IMG/VR virus record: IMGVR_UViG_3300030451_004511
Location: 1-56,621 of that record
Source of the DNA: a virus
Taxonomy: Duplodnaviria > Caudoviricetes
Reading direction: 5' to 3' (one strand)
DNA: 56,621 nucleotides
Shown here: one piece after another, positions 1-9,907 of the stretch
Layout: each line of letters starts with the position of its first letter
Position numbering within the stretch: the stretch's first letter is position 1
The notes under the pieces: generated by a model
Told to the model about the DNA's origin: nothing
Database searches by the model: none
Seen by the model: the letters and a program-made list of their open reading frames with translations, nothing else
Translations under genes and position numbers: made by a program

Positions 1-791
1 CCTACAGCAGCTACTTCTGTTAATCCTGCAACAAAAGATGCAGGTATGGTATTTACATCAGTTTGAGTAAAGGTCATCACCTCCACTTTCGCACCATTGG
101 CAGGATTGGCATCTAGCGTAAGCGTTGTGCCTGAAACTGAATAGCTATCTTTTTGCTGATATACACCATCTATGAATACCTGTGTGTTGTTTTCATGGAT
201 AGGTGAAATACTTAAAGTAAACGCTGCGGTACTCCCGTTTGCAGTAAATTGATCGTGGTTGAGGTTATTGCCTGCAACTGCTCCGCTTACATGATAAGCA
301 ACAATTTTACGCCCTGCTACCGGAGCACTATCTAGCGTAAGAGTGGTTCCTGATAAAGTAAAATCTCCGGGATTTTGATAAACACCTTCAATAAATACAA
401 TTAAATTATCTTCGCTTGAGGGGGCTTGACTTAGTGTAAACGCAGTTGTTGAGTCATCGCCTGTAAATGTATCGACATTTAATGTAGATGTAACTTCGGT
501 CTTTACATCTTCTAGTAAAGCCGCAACTACTCTTAGCTCTGCCTTATCTCCAGAACTGAACGCCCTTGCAGTTGTATCATCTTGCCCTCTAACAACAGTA
601 AGTGTGTTTCCACTTCTTGCTGTGACCTTAACAATCTCTGTGTTAGTAGTATCGTCAAAGGTACAGTAAAAATGTTCCCCTGAACTTAATGACGGAAAAA
701 CAGATCCGTCAGTAACTGAGATGCTAGTAGCACTACTGTTTATTCCTGCGGCAAGAGTTGTTGCTGCGTTGTTGGTGAACTTAACAGCCAT
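1..791 (-). CDS. Tail fibre/structural protein, 5' part of a second allele of 54825..56615, truncated by the window edge
   Basis: ATG at 791, MAVKFTNN start; collinear without indels with 55825..56615; open to base 1. Confidence 0.8.
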   Translation of the reverse strand, partial: MAVKFTNNAATTLAAGINSSATSISVTDGSVFPSLSSGEHFYCTFDDTTNTEIVKVTARSGNTLTVVRGQDDTTARAFSSGDKAELRVVAALLEDVKTEVTSTLNVDTFTGDDSTTAFTLSQAPSSEDNLIVFIEGVYQNPGDFTLSGTTLTLDSAPVAGRKIVAYHVSGAVAGNNLNHDQFTANGSTAAFTLSISPIHENNTQVFIDGVYQQKDSYSVSGTTLTLDANPANGAKVEVMTFTQTDVNTIPASFVAGLTEVAAV

Positions 792-797
792 TAGCTA
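1..797. repeat. Imperfect terminal direct repeat, left copy
   Basis: Aligns ungapped to 55825..56621; about 87 mismatches by hand count; 721..797 identical. Confidence 0.95.
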
Positions 798-809
798 ACT
801 CCTTAAAAA

Positions 810-1235
810 TTAACTAACTGTTACAGTCCAAGTAATTGTCATTGAGTCAGATGCACCCTTATTTACTACTGAAAAAACAGTTCTACAAAGCAAGTCACCA
901 GAAGAAGAGGCATTTAAAATACCTGCTTCAGTAACAGCACCTGTACCTGTACCCGCACCAAATGTAGCTGTGTAAGTAACAACAGCGCCTGATACAGCAG
1001 TACTTGTTAACGCAACCCGGCCTAGCTCAGTCCCTAAAGAGGAATCACCAGCTGCAGCTGCAGTAGAACCACTACCAATAGCCATGTGTGACATAGCAGT
1101 TGCGGTAGCATCTTTCATTCTAGAGGCAACATATTCCTTACCATCAGTAACCACAAGGTTATCAACTTCTTGAACAGTTTCTCCATTAAGAGCAATTTTT
1201 AACTTACCTGTAAGTTTTAAACCGTCGTTTATCAT
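810..1235 (-). CDS. Tail-associated structural protein (tail-collar/fibre N-terminal-like)
   Basis: 141 aa; NLVVTDG...MAIGSG...TEAGI...TITWT pattern common in phage tail proteins; GGAG SD. Confidence 0.6.
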   Translation of the reverse strand: MINDGLKLTGKLKIALNGETVQEVDNLVVTDGKEYVASRMKDATATAMSHMAIGSGSTAAAAGDSSLGTELGRVALTSTAVSGAVVTYTATFGAGTGTGAVTEAGILNASSSGDLLCRTVFSVVNKGASDSMTITWTVTVS

Positions 1236-1248
1236 AAAATTTCTCCAA

Positions 1249-2709
1249 TTAATTTAATACACTAGTGTTAAACGCTGAAGTGTTAAGAACACTGCTTGAC
1301 CCGGAAGTCAACACCACGCTTATCGATTCTGTTATTGTAGCACTATCTGATAAAGATTTACCAAAACTATGTGCTAAAGTTTCTGAAATAGAAGTAGTGT
1401 CTGTATAGATACTACCTGCTCCCGAAGTCAACACTTCACTCAACGTTACCGAATCTGCAAATGAAGTTGTGAATGAGTATGCAAGACTCTCTGTAACTGT
1501 AGGCGTGTCTGAAAAACTTGTAGAAACACTAAATACCGGTGCACTATCTCCTAAACTTACAATATTGCCTTTGTTGATGTTTACATCAGTTCTTAGTTCA
1601 TCCGAAGGACTTGCAGTATCATCAAGTGTGTAACTATCTGAGAAAGATCTTGAGAAGGTTGCAACACGACTAAACACTTCAGATATAGCTACTGTTTCTG
1701 CATTTTGTACGGTAATCGCACCTCCCATACCGCTGTGGTTTGTACAGTAGTAATGTAACGATGCTGGAGTAGAGCCAGTTACCTGTATCTCTACATACGC
1801 ACCTGAGGATCCTGCAGTACCGTTTACAGTTACATTTGTACTGTATACAGAACCACCGCCGTGGCTGCCGTTTGCTGTTTCTGAGAATCTAAGTGGGTGC
1901 CCACTCACGCTTGAATCAGATATATCAAATCTGTATGTTTTACCTACATCTAAGGTAAGTGCAGGACTTACAACACCATCAATATAATATTTATTACCTG
2001 ACCCATAAGAGTTTGTACCTGATGCTACAGTGACTGTATAGGTAACAGTACCCCCCTGAGGAATAGCTTTACCTACACTTAATACATTTGACTCTGCAAT
2101 GGTTGCAGTATCGGACTGTGGTAAGTCAACACTAAATGCAGGACTATCAGAAACTGACAGAGTGTCACTTTTACTAGGGTCAATACTAAGAACTTCTGAA
2201 TCAGAAAATGACAAGGTGTCACTTTTTGCTGGTTCTATACCTAATGCAGGAGCATCAGAAAGTGTACTACTATCATCAAACGACGTGCTAAGTGCAAGCG
2301 CTGGTGCATCACTGAGGGTTGGGGTATCACTAAATGCTCTAACAAAATCAACAACTTTACTTAAAGATTCAGAAATACCTACTGTATCAGACTGGCTACT
2401 AGCAAAAGCAAGCGCCGTTTCTTCTGATATAGTAAGGGTTTCTGTCTTGGTTGTTACAAAAGTTACGGCCGGTACGTCTGTAAGTGAGATGGTAAGGGCA
2501 TTTGGGTTGTTACCAACAAAGTAAAGGTTTTTACTGTCAGGATCTAAGAATACATTTACAGCTGATAAATTTACGTACTGTAATGAACTTTGCAGCTCTG
2601 TATGTGTAATGACTGCTTGAAGGTTCTGAAAGGCGGATACGGGCTCAAGCGAGTCCGTATCAATTATGACTCTTAAACGAGTATAATCAACTGTAAACTT
2701 GAAGGCCAT
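1249..2709 (-). CDS. Ser/Thr/Asp-rich repetitive virion protein with an inserted cupredoxin-like domain
   Basis: Repeats of about 18 aa (SDTxTxSDxP) flank a YYIDG...HPLRFS...YYCTNHSGM domain. Confidence 0.65.
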   Translation of the reverse strand: MAFKFTVDYTRLRVIIDTDSLEPVSAFQNLQAVITHTELQSSLQYVNLSAVNVFLDPDSKNLYFVGNNPNALTISLTDVPAVTFVTTKTETLTISEETALAFASSQSDTVGISESLSKVVDFVRAFSDTPTLSDAPALALSTSFDDSSTLSDAPALGIEPAKSDTLSFSDSEVLSIDPSKSDTLSVSDSPAFSVDLPQSDTATIAESNVLSVGKAIPQGGTVTYTVTVASGTNSYGSGNKYYIDGVVSPALTLDVGKTYRFDISDSSVSGHPLRFSETANGSHGGGSVYSTNVTVNGTAGSSGAYVEIQVTGSTPASLHYYCTNHSGMGGAITVQNAETVAISEVFSRVATFSRSFSDSYTLDDTASPSDELRTDVNINKGNIVSLGDSAPVFSVSTSFSDTPTVTESLAYSFTTSFADSVTLSEVLTSGAGSIYTDTTSISETLAHSFGKSLSDSATITESISVVLTSGSSSVLNTSAFNTSVLN

Positions 2710-3083
2710 TAATCGAAGTCATCGCGCACTTTAAACTTAATAAAGTCTTGCACAGTTTGAATCCCAGACCCTGAAGTCGTGTGTTCAATCTCGCCTTCGA
2801 ATGTGCCAGCAGTCGTCCATGTTCCTGATGGGAATGTTAGCGTACAAACTCCGTTTGTAGCGTCAGTGATTGTACAAGTGATTGTACTTAATACAGTAGT
2901 CTTACCTACTTCACGAATTCTTAATTTTACTGTTGCTCCACTTAAATCAATCGGAGCCCAAGTAGTATTGTCTTCTTCATCAAGAGTTTTACCTGAAGCA
3001 GCAGTATTGCTGTCTTTTAATGTAAAACTAAGTTCAGGAAGTGTATCTCCTACGACTAATTTTATTGTATCTGAATATGCCAT
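2709..3083 (-). CDS. BppU-like N-terminal-domain tail protein
   Basis: Start reassigned to MAYSDT (GAGG SD); GDTLP...PIDLSGATV...AGTFEGEIE pattern. Confidence 0.6.
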   Translation of the reverse strand: MAYSDTIKLVVGDTLPELSFTLKDSNTAASGKTLDEEDNTTWAPIDLSGATVKLRIREVGKTTVLSTITCTITDATNGVCTLTFPSGTWTTAGTFEGEIEHTTSGSGIQTVQDFIKFKVRDDFD

Positions 3084-3093
3084 ACTTACCTCA

Positions 3094-6000
3094 TTATAAC
3101 TGATTATATAAAGGGAGAATACTGTCGAAATCAAAATCTCCAGTTGCTGCGTCCCAAGCCCTTTCAACTGTGGGTCCTAGTGGTCCGACCCAGAAAGGAT
3201 CACCAAAGCGTTTATTTTCCATAAACAATGGCATAGCTAAACCAAACGGACCTAAAACTCCACTTCTATCTATTATTTCAAAACTATATTCACCCCAATC
3301 CATATCGACTGAACGTCTATAGTTTTTATCCTCTGGACTTATTCCTGGTAAAACCCAAGCTAAGCCCACCTTAAATCTTTCGCGTAAATCTAATCCTAAC
3401 ATGGTCAATGGTAAAAGTGTCATAGCACCTAGAAGAAACGGTACAGAGGCAGCAGGAAACCCTTCTTCGTTATATCTGTTTTTACTTTCCCTCCAAAGAC
3501 CTCCAATAATGTTTTTACCATAAGCGTAGAAGAATGATTTTAACTGCCACACTAATGCCCATCTAGGGTCTGAAGCCCATACAGGTCTTTCTGCTGAATT
3601 AGGTCTTACAATAGATTCATCTACAAATTGAAATATTCCTAATCTAATTTTTTCTCCTACTGCGCCTTCAAATGTTTGATTATTAGCAACCCATTGATCT
3701 ACCTCTTGCCAAGTAATATTACCTAACTCTCTTAAATATCGCTGTGAAGTCTCATTGCCTTCTTTAGCTAATTTACCGTGATGTAATACAAACCTACGAC
3801 CCATACCAGAAGCAACAATACGAGTAAATCTTGTAAACCAATCAAGACCTATAACTTTAAAAAACCCTTCACTTACTTTCTTAGATTTGGGGTCTAAAAA
3901 ATCTAACTCACCCGCATTAACATACATAGTGCTTATTGCATCCGATACGGTTGCGCCTACTTCTTTAGCAAAATCTGCAGCCTCTTGTGGGTTTTTAAAA
4001 TAGTTTGCTATCTCTTTTCCAAAATTAGCAAAATTAGATTTTGAGAATTCTTTTGATCTAAGTATTGGACCAGCTAAGTCAGGAGCAGAAGCGAACACAG
4101 CGAAAGATAACAATGTTAAAACATTGAGAGTAACACCTACGTTGTTAACACCTTTTAGTAAAGACCCCATTTCTGGATTAACTTTTCCTAACATCGCAAG
4201 TACAGCGTCTTCTGCATGCTTTTGTTTATTTTTAGGTAACTCTTTGATTAATTCATTTAATTTAAGTGCTCCACCCCTTTTGTTTAATTCGCTTTTCTTA
4301 ATTGTGTTTTGGATATATTTTCTTACTGCAACCTCAGGATCATTTAACAAAGAATCACCCTGTTCATTTAAAATCCCACGCATGACTGAAGTTGGAACAT
4401 TTGCAAAAGCTTCTTGTCTAGATCTTGCAATACCAATAGAAAATTTTTGCAGTGGGTTTTGCGCAGCTATATCAACTTCTGTTTTACCTGGGTCTGCAAT
4501 AATCTCATCTATGAGTTGAGTTGCTTCTTTTTCATCATAAGTAAACTCAACCTCAACAGCTTTCCCTTTTCTAATTACTGTTTTCTTAAACGTTTTACCT
4601 TCGTTATATTCAACAATTGCTTTTATAAGTGCTGCTCTAATGTCTGGGCTGTTTTCTAAAGCAGGTAGATTTATTGATCTAGGAAAGAAGTTTGGAATTT
4701 TTTGTATACTTAATCTGTCTCCAAAACTTTCATTATCAAACATTTCAGAAAAAACTTGTCTAACCGCTCTAGCTTCTGGTGAGATTTCATCATCTGTTAA
4801 AAGGTTATTCTCTGCCTCAAGAAATATTTTTTTAGACTCTGGTGTGATCCTACCATCTACCACAGCTTTAACAATCCCTTTTTCTCGTGCTCTAGCTATA
4901 AGACCTTGGTCTTTTATGTTTGCAGCTTTTTCTACTTCAGATACATAACGGTTAACCTTTGATATCTTCTCTGCTAGGAAGCCAATTTCCCCTTCTGCTT
5001 GAGATTGTTTTAAGAAGAAGTTTGCAAGGGCCACTCCTGGAGGCCCAAAAGACCTTAACAGATTGTCAGCAGGAGCTAAAATTTTTGTGGTATAAGTTGA
5101 GAACTTATCTGTATCCCCTTCTAAAATAGTCTCTGCTTCATTTGCAATATCAAAGAATACTTTTTTCTTACCTACTGTTTCTGCTGCTTTTGGTATGTCG
5201 TCTTCGACCATACTTTTTATGATTGCTTCTCCTTGATTGGATATATTTCGTTTTCTAGTATTTAGAACTTTGTTTTTATATCCACCTACAGTTTCTTGTA
5301 CATAGTCACTAAATGAAGGGTTAACTGTAAACCTTTGTGCTAGCTGTTTGAATTTATTAAATACAAGGCGAAGTTTATTAGCAATTTGTTTAAAGATACT
5401 TTCAGTACCATTGGTTGCTTTTCTTGTTGCATCTAATAAATACACTGCTGTTTGGTCTGCAAACCACTCTTCAAAAGCTGCATGATAATTATCATCTTGA
5501 TATTGAGAAACATCGGTATTAGCTCTAATACCATCAAAAGCAGCTTTTAGTTTTGCATAATTGTTACTACGAGGATTGATGCTTCTTGCTAACTCTTGTT
5601 CAAATACAGAGTGACCTAACTCATGAGCTAGAGCTACCATAGCTAGCCCTTTTTGTTCTTCTGTTGGATTTTGAGGTAAGTTTAAAATAATAAAGTCTTT
5701 GTCATAGTATTTTAAAATACGACCCCCAAGAGGGCGGGTTTGACCATTAGCATCAGGTTCTCTTCCTAATACAACTTGTTGTTGTTTTATAACGTCGTTA
5801 ACAATTTTAGTGCTTCTAATCCTTGAAAGATCAAAACCCTCGTCTGCTGTTATGATTTGTATATCTCGATCAAGTTTAAAATCTTTTTTAATGGTAGATA
5901 AGATGTTGTTTAGGAATGCTTTGTTTCCTATACGTTGTTCTATAACTTTAGAAAAACTTTGTTTAAAAGGTTGGAACTTTTCATCTCTAGGATTAAATAA

Positions 6001-9000
6001 TGGATTAAAGGTGTCAGAAAACTTTTTACCTTTACCTACGCCCCTTTCTATATCAGCTCTAATTCCTGGTAAGTCAGTTGAATCAAGAAGAACAGTTTGA
6101 GTTTGTTGATTTATGTTTCTTTGTACTCTATCTAAGGTTTCAAAATCTTGTTGGATTTTTTGAGAAAGTTCTTTAATTTGAGGTGAAAGATTCTCAGCTT
6201 GATTAACAGCATCTGCAGCTGTTTCCCCCCTTTCTTTCGCATCTCGAACATACTCTCTCATTTGAATTCCGGCAAGACTTTCTAACCTAGCCTGGTTTGC
6301 AGTTATTCTTCTTCGTAAATTAAGAGCTATTTCCCTTTGTCTAACTTGTTCTGGACTTAAATCAAACGGTACTTCTACTTGTGCCCCCGTTTCTCCCCCA
6401 CCACCTTGTTCTTGGGTGCCCGCTGTTTGTGGACCGAAGTCATCAGTATCAAATCCGGGGTCACGTCCGAGGCCCCCCAGTTGTGTAGGAGACATCTCTC
6501 TTTGTCTAGCCTGTTCTGCAAAAGCTTCTCTACCGCTCTGCCCTTCTGTCGCAAGCAGAAAATTAACTCGGTTTCTATCTTTTTGTGCTTCTTGCAATTC
6601 TTGATCAAGTTCTTGTCGAGCCGTTGAATCAGTTTCTTCCTCAAGAGCCGCTTCTAATCTGGGTATTCGCTCTTCTAATTCTATTTGAGCTGCCCTCAAC
6701 CCCTGTAGGGTTTGTTCTCTTTGTTCAAGAGTACGGGGCCTAGACTCAGTTTGAACAGTTTGTGGTGTACCCTCAAACTCTCTAATACCTGCAAGATCCG
6801 CTGCAGTATATGATACACCTCCAGAAGTATATACAATCGCTTGTTGTTCATCTTGTGAGGTAAGTTCTGTTATAGGTTTACCATTCCAAAACAACTGATA
6901 CCCCTCCATAAGTAAACTACTTACAGCTGTACTGTAACCAAGCAAAGCAGTTTCTTCACCCCCCTGTGCCATAGTGCCTTGGGCTTGCGTTCTGTTGTTC
7001 CATTCACGACCAAAGTTAGTTAGTCGTGGCATATTGATACGTTCGGCATCTGTTTGTGGTTTGTTTAAGTCTACTTGTTCTGGAGTAAGAACAGTCCAAT
7101 CAATTTGCTTTCTATTAAATTTTTCTTGGGTCTTATCTGCTTTGATTGAGGCTTCAACCCAACGTGCAACTTCATTTGCAGGAGCTTCGACCATCCCCAC
7201 ACTAGGTAGTCTATATTTTAAAATACCATATTGTGGGGTGCCATCCGCAGCAGTGCCTATTTGTTTAGGTCCAAAAACAGATAAAGAATCTTCTTCTTGA
7301 AGCTCATTAAATTTTTTTAAAAAAGAAGTGGTAAACGCGTCTTGTTCAATCAAGCGTTCCATCTCTTTATGAGGTGCAAAAGCCGTTAAGTTATTCAACG
7401 CTTTTTCTTTCTGTTCTTGATACGCTTTTTGCTCTTTTTCTTTTGTTATAACACTAAGAGAACGCAGCCCTTTCCAAGGATTACCACTCTGACTTAATAT
7501 AGGAGCAGCCTCACTACCAAGTTGATCCCCTGTTACAATTTGTGGTTCTAATTCAGAAAAACTTTCTGCTTGAGAAGAACGTCCAATATCTTCAGTAAAC
7601 TCTCCGTCATCATCAAGTGTTGCTTGAGCATTACCTTCTAACCCAAACTGCTGTGCAATTTCATCTGCAATCTCAATATTTGCAGTTCTTGGGCCAAGTA
7701 TTTCGCTTCTCTCTCTAAGGTGTTGACCTATTTCCTTATGAGATACTTCATAGTTTGCAGAGCCAAAAAGTTCTGACGTACCAAAGAGGCTGTTTGCTTT
7801 TGTAACAACAGCATCTAAATCATTCTCATTTGTTTGTTGATACCAAACTACATTGTTTTGTTTATCTCTAACTTCTACTACAAGATTATCTCCAGGTTTA
7901 CGCTTGTGTACGTAACCTAGATTTCTTGCTAAAAAAGAATCTAGTTTGGTAGTGTTATAAGAATCGCTTTCAACTAAACGTCTGAAGGAAGCTGCTTTGT
8001 TTGGATCTGAAGTAATAAAGATACCTAGTCCCTCTACATCTACAATATTTCGTGGGTCTCCTTTTGCTACTTCATTTATCTTAGTATTAATAGGTGAAGC
8101 TTCTTGTAGATCAACTTGATTTCTACTGTTTTCATCAATCCAAACACTATCTTTTTTATTAGTTGGATCAATAGTTGCATCTAGTTGACCTTCTAGCCAA
8201 GATACAGGTTCAGGGAAAACAGTTTCTATATCGCGTTCCCCATCAATAAAAGCTTGTTGTAGTTCTATATCAGATTCAATATCTTGTTCGTATTGATTTT
8301 TTAAAAACTCCCGTGCTTTACCAAACACTCCTTCAGTTGGATTAGCAATTCTGTTAACACCAGAAGCTACGGTTGAACCAATACCACCAATACCAACACC
8401 ACCGAAAAAACCAGAGAACAATGCTTGTGCTCTATCTAACTTTGCTTGTGATTGTTTGTACTCATCATCAATTGCAAATCGTTGTTGAATACTAATTTCT
8501 TCTTGTAAACTTTCAGTTACCCCTTCAACAGCACCTGTTTTTAACGCACCGCTTACAAGGATGTCCCTTGCTAAACTTCTATTTGCAGCGCCCCCTTTTC
8601 TTGTAGCCATACCATACAAACCTCTTGCAACGATAGCCTCACTACCAACACCAATAGCTGTAAACGGTACACCAATTCCTAAAGATTGGAATGCTTGTAA
8701 TGGGTCTGTCATACCTTGCTCAGCAAAAATACCAAAAGCAGTACCCGCACCTTGTGGGAACTCTTGAGCTGCTGCACCAGAGATAGCACCTAGTTTACTT
8801 AAACTAGCAACTTTCTTCTTTCGATACTCTCTTTGTAAAATGCCAAAAGCACCATTAATTACGTTAGTCTCATCGGTAGTCAAAGCATATGGTAGATTTT
8901 TCTTACCTTGTTTTTTTGCAACTTCGTTTGCCATAAATTTATTTACAGCATCTTTTACTAATTTTTTCTTTGCAACACTTGCAGTTAAACCACCTGCAAT

Positions 9001-9906
9001 AGCAGCACCGGTTATAGGAGCTGTAGCACCTGCTATTGCACCAACACCTGCACCCACCATAGCTGCAGTAATACTTGCGAAAGCAGAAGGAGCGAACTGT
9101 CCTGTAGCACTGAATACTTGATTAACAAACCCACCAAAAGTAGGTTCATCTAAAAACTGTTCAAAGTCTTCAACTGAAGATAATATTTGAGAAGATGCAA
9201 TCTGTGATTGATTACCTTCAAGTATCGCGTCTTCTTTTGCTCGTTCGTCCCCTACAATACTTGCAGCAATACCGCGAAAATAATTTACGTTTGCTCCTAA
9301 GTTTTGTGCACCTGCTGCCATACCCAACTTAAAAACTTCAATTGGATCTTCAGTAGCATAGTTAAAAAAACTACCACGCTCTTGAGCCTCTTGGATCTTA
9401 TCACCTAAAGGTTTTGCCGCTGGCTTCTTTTGATTATTTACAAATAAAGAAATAGCTGCATCAGGGTCTGTAGTTCTAGGGTCTGATGTTTTACCTGATA
9501 TAGTTCTGGCTTGTTCTAATAAATTAGAGTTATATTCTTTTGCTGCATCTGGGGTTTCAAAACGCACCATAGCAGAAATAAGTTGTTCTCTAATTCCTGG
9601 GTCTCCTAAATCTATCTCAGCATCTGAAGAGATACCCACATTACGAGCCACAAAATTAATATAATTGTCTGTAGGATTATTATCGCTAGGAGGTGCGAAT
9701 CGAGTTATAGCACCACGAATTGTATTAATATTATGACGCACGCCATAGTTTTCTAGAACTTTATCAGCGGCTCTTAAGCCATATAAAGGGTTTTCAAATT
9801 GAGCATAACCACCATCATCAGCGCCGGTTTGTCCTACCCAATTATTGTTTGCGTTAAATCGAACGTTTAACCAGTTGTTATTTTTGTATCCAGTTTGTTG
9901 CGACAC
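3094..9906 (-). CDS. Large internal virion (ejection) protein: N-terminal lysozyme-like domain, zincin-like HELGH motif, ejection-protein-like C-terminus
   Basis: 2270 aa; NNWLNVR..F.NP.YG.RA..RFAPP.DNN.T.NYI; AHELGH...EEWFAD; WQLKSFF near C-terminus; position after the adaptor genes. Confidence 0.7.
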   Translation of the reverse strand: MSQQTGYKNNNWLNVRFNANNNWVGQTGADDGGYAQFENPLYGLRAADKVLENYGVRHNINTIRGAITRFAPPSDNNPTDNYINFVARNVGISSDAEIDLGDPGIREQLISAMVRFETPDAAKEYNSNLLEQARTISGKTSDPRTTDPDAAISLFVNNQKKPAAKPLGDKIQEAQERGSFFNYATEDPIEVFKLGMAAGAQNLGANVNYFRGIAASIVGDERAKEDAILEGNQSQIASSQILSSVEDFEQFLDEPTFGGFVNQVFSATGQFAPSAFASITAAMVGAGVGAIAGATAPITGAAIAGGLTASVAKKKLVKDAVNKFMANEVAKKQGKKNLPYALTTDETNVINGAFGILQREYRKKKVASLSKLGAISGAAAQEFPQGAGTAFGIFAEQGMTDPLQAFQSLGIGVPFTAIGVGSEAIVARGLYGMATRKGGAANRSLARDILVSGALKTGAVEGVTESLQEEISIQQRFAIDDEYKQSQAKLDRAQALFSGFFGGVGIGGIGSTVASGVNRIANPTEGVFGKAREFLKNQYEQDIESDIELQQAFIDGERDIETVFPEPVSWLEGQLDATIDPTNKKDSVWIDENSRNQVDLQEASPINTKINEVAKGDPRNIVDVEGLGIFITSDPNKAASFRRLVESDSYNTTKLDSFLARNLGYVHKRKPGDNLVVEVRDKQNNVVWYQQTNENDLDAVVTKANSLFGTSELFGSANYEVSHKEIGQHLRERSEILGPRTANIEIADEIAQQFGLEGNAQATLDDDGEFTEDIGRSSQAESFSELEPQIVTGDQLGSEAAPILSQSGNPWKGLRSLSVITKEKEQKAYQEQKEKALNNLTAFAPHKEMERLIEQDAFTTSFLKKFNELQEEDSLSVFGPKQIGTAADGTPQYGILKYRLPSVGMVEAPANEVARWVEASIKADKTQEKFNRKQIDWTVLTPEQVDLNKPQTDAERINMPRLTNFGREWNNRTQAQGTMAQGGEETALLGYSTAVSSLLMEGYQLFWNGKPITELTSQDEQQAIVYTSGGVSYTAADLAGIREFEGTPQTVQTESRPRTLEQREQTLQGLRAAQIELEERIPRLEAALEEETDSTARQELDQELQEAQKDRNRVNFLLATEGQSGREAFAEQARQREMSPTQLGGLGRDPGFDTDDFGPQTAGTQEQGGGGETGAQVEVPFDLSPEQVRQREIALNLRRRITANQARLESLAGIQMREYVRDAKERGETAADAVNQAENLSPQIKELSQKIQQDFETLDRVQRNINQQTQTVLLDSTDLPGIRADIERGVGKGKKFSDTFNPLFNPRDEKFQPFKQSFSKVIEQRIGNKAFLNNILSTIKKDFKLDRDIQIITADEGFDLSRIRSTKIVNDVIKQQQVVLGREPDANGQTRPLGGRILKYYDKDFIILNLPQNPTEEQKGLAMVALAHELGHSVFEQELARSINPRSNNYAKLKAAFDGIRANTDVSQYQDDNYHAAFEEWFADQTAVYLLDATRKATNGTESIFKQIANKLRLVFNKFKQLAQRFTVNPSFSDYVQETVGGYKNKVLNTRKRNISNQGEAIIKSMVEDDIPKAAETVGKKKVFFDIANEAETILEGDTDKFSTYTTKILAPADNLLRSFGPPGVALANFFLKQSQAEGEIGFLAEKISKVNRYVSEVEKAANIKDQGLIARAREKGIVKAVVDGRITPESKKIFLEAENNLLTDDEISPEARAVRQVFSEMFDNESFGDRLSIQKIPNFFPRSINLPALENSPDIRAALIKAIVEYNEGKTFKKTVIRKGKAVEVEFTYDEKEATQLIDEIIADPGKTEVDIAAQNPLQKFSIGIARSRQEAFANVPTSVMRGILNEQGDSLLNDPEVAVRKYIQNTIKKSELNKRGGALKLNELIKELPKNKQKHAEDAVLAMLGKVNPEMGSLLKGVNNVGVTLNVLTLLSFAVFASAPDLAGPILRSKEFSKSNFANFGKEIANYFKNPQEAADFAKEVGATVSDAISTMYVNAGELDFLDPKSKKVSEGFFKVIGLDWFTRFTRIVASGMGRRFVLHHGKLAKEGNETSQRYLRELGNITWQEVDQWVANNQTFEGAVGEKIRLGIFQFVDESIVRPNSAERPVWASDPRWALVWQLKSFFYAYGKNIIGGLWRESKNRYNEEGFPAASVPFLLGAMTLLPLTMLGLDLRERFKVGLAWVLPGISPEDKNYRRSVDMDWGEYSFEIIDRSGVLGPFGLAMPLFMENKRFGDPFWVGPLGPTVERAWDAATGDFDFDSILPLYNQL

Positions 9907-9907
9907 A

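Noticed and set aside
1-797. Diversity-generating retroelement template/variable repeat pair
   Set aside because: Mismatches involve all bases and are mostly synonymous third positions rather than adenine-specific; no reverse transcriptase gene is present.
3094-9906. N4-like virion RNA polymerase
   Set aside because: No convincing motif A/B/C or DxDGD by eye; QLKSFFYAYG fits ejection-protein C-termini. A highly diverged enzyme cannot be excluded without a structure search.
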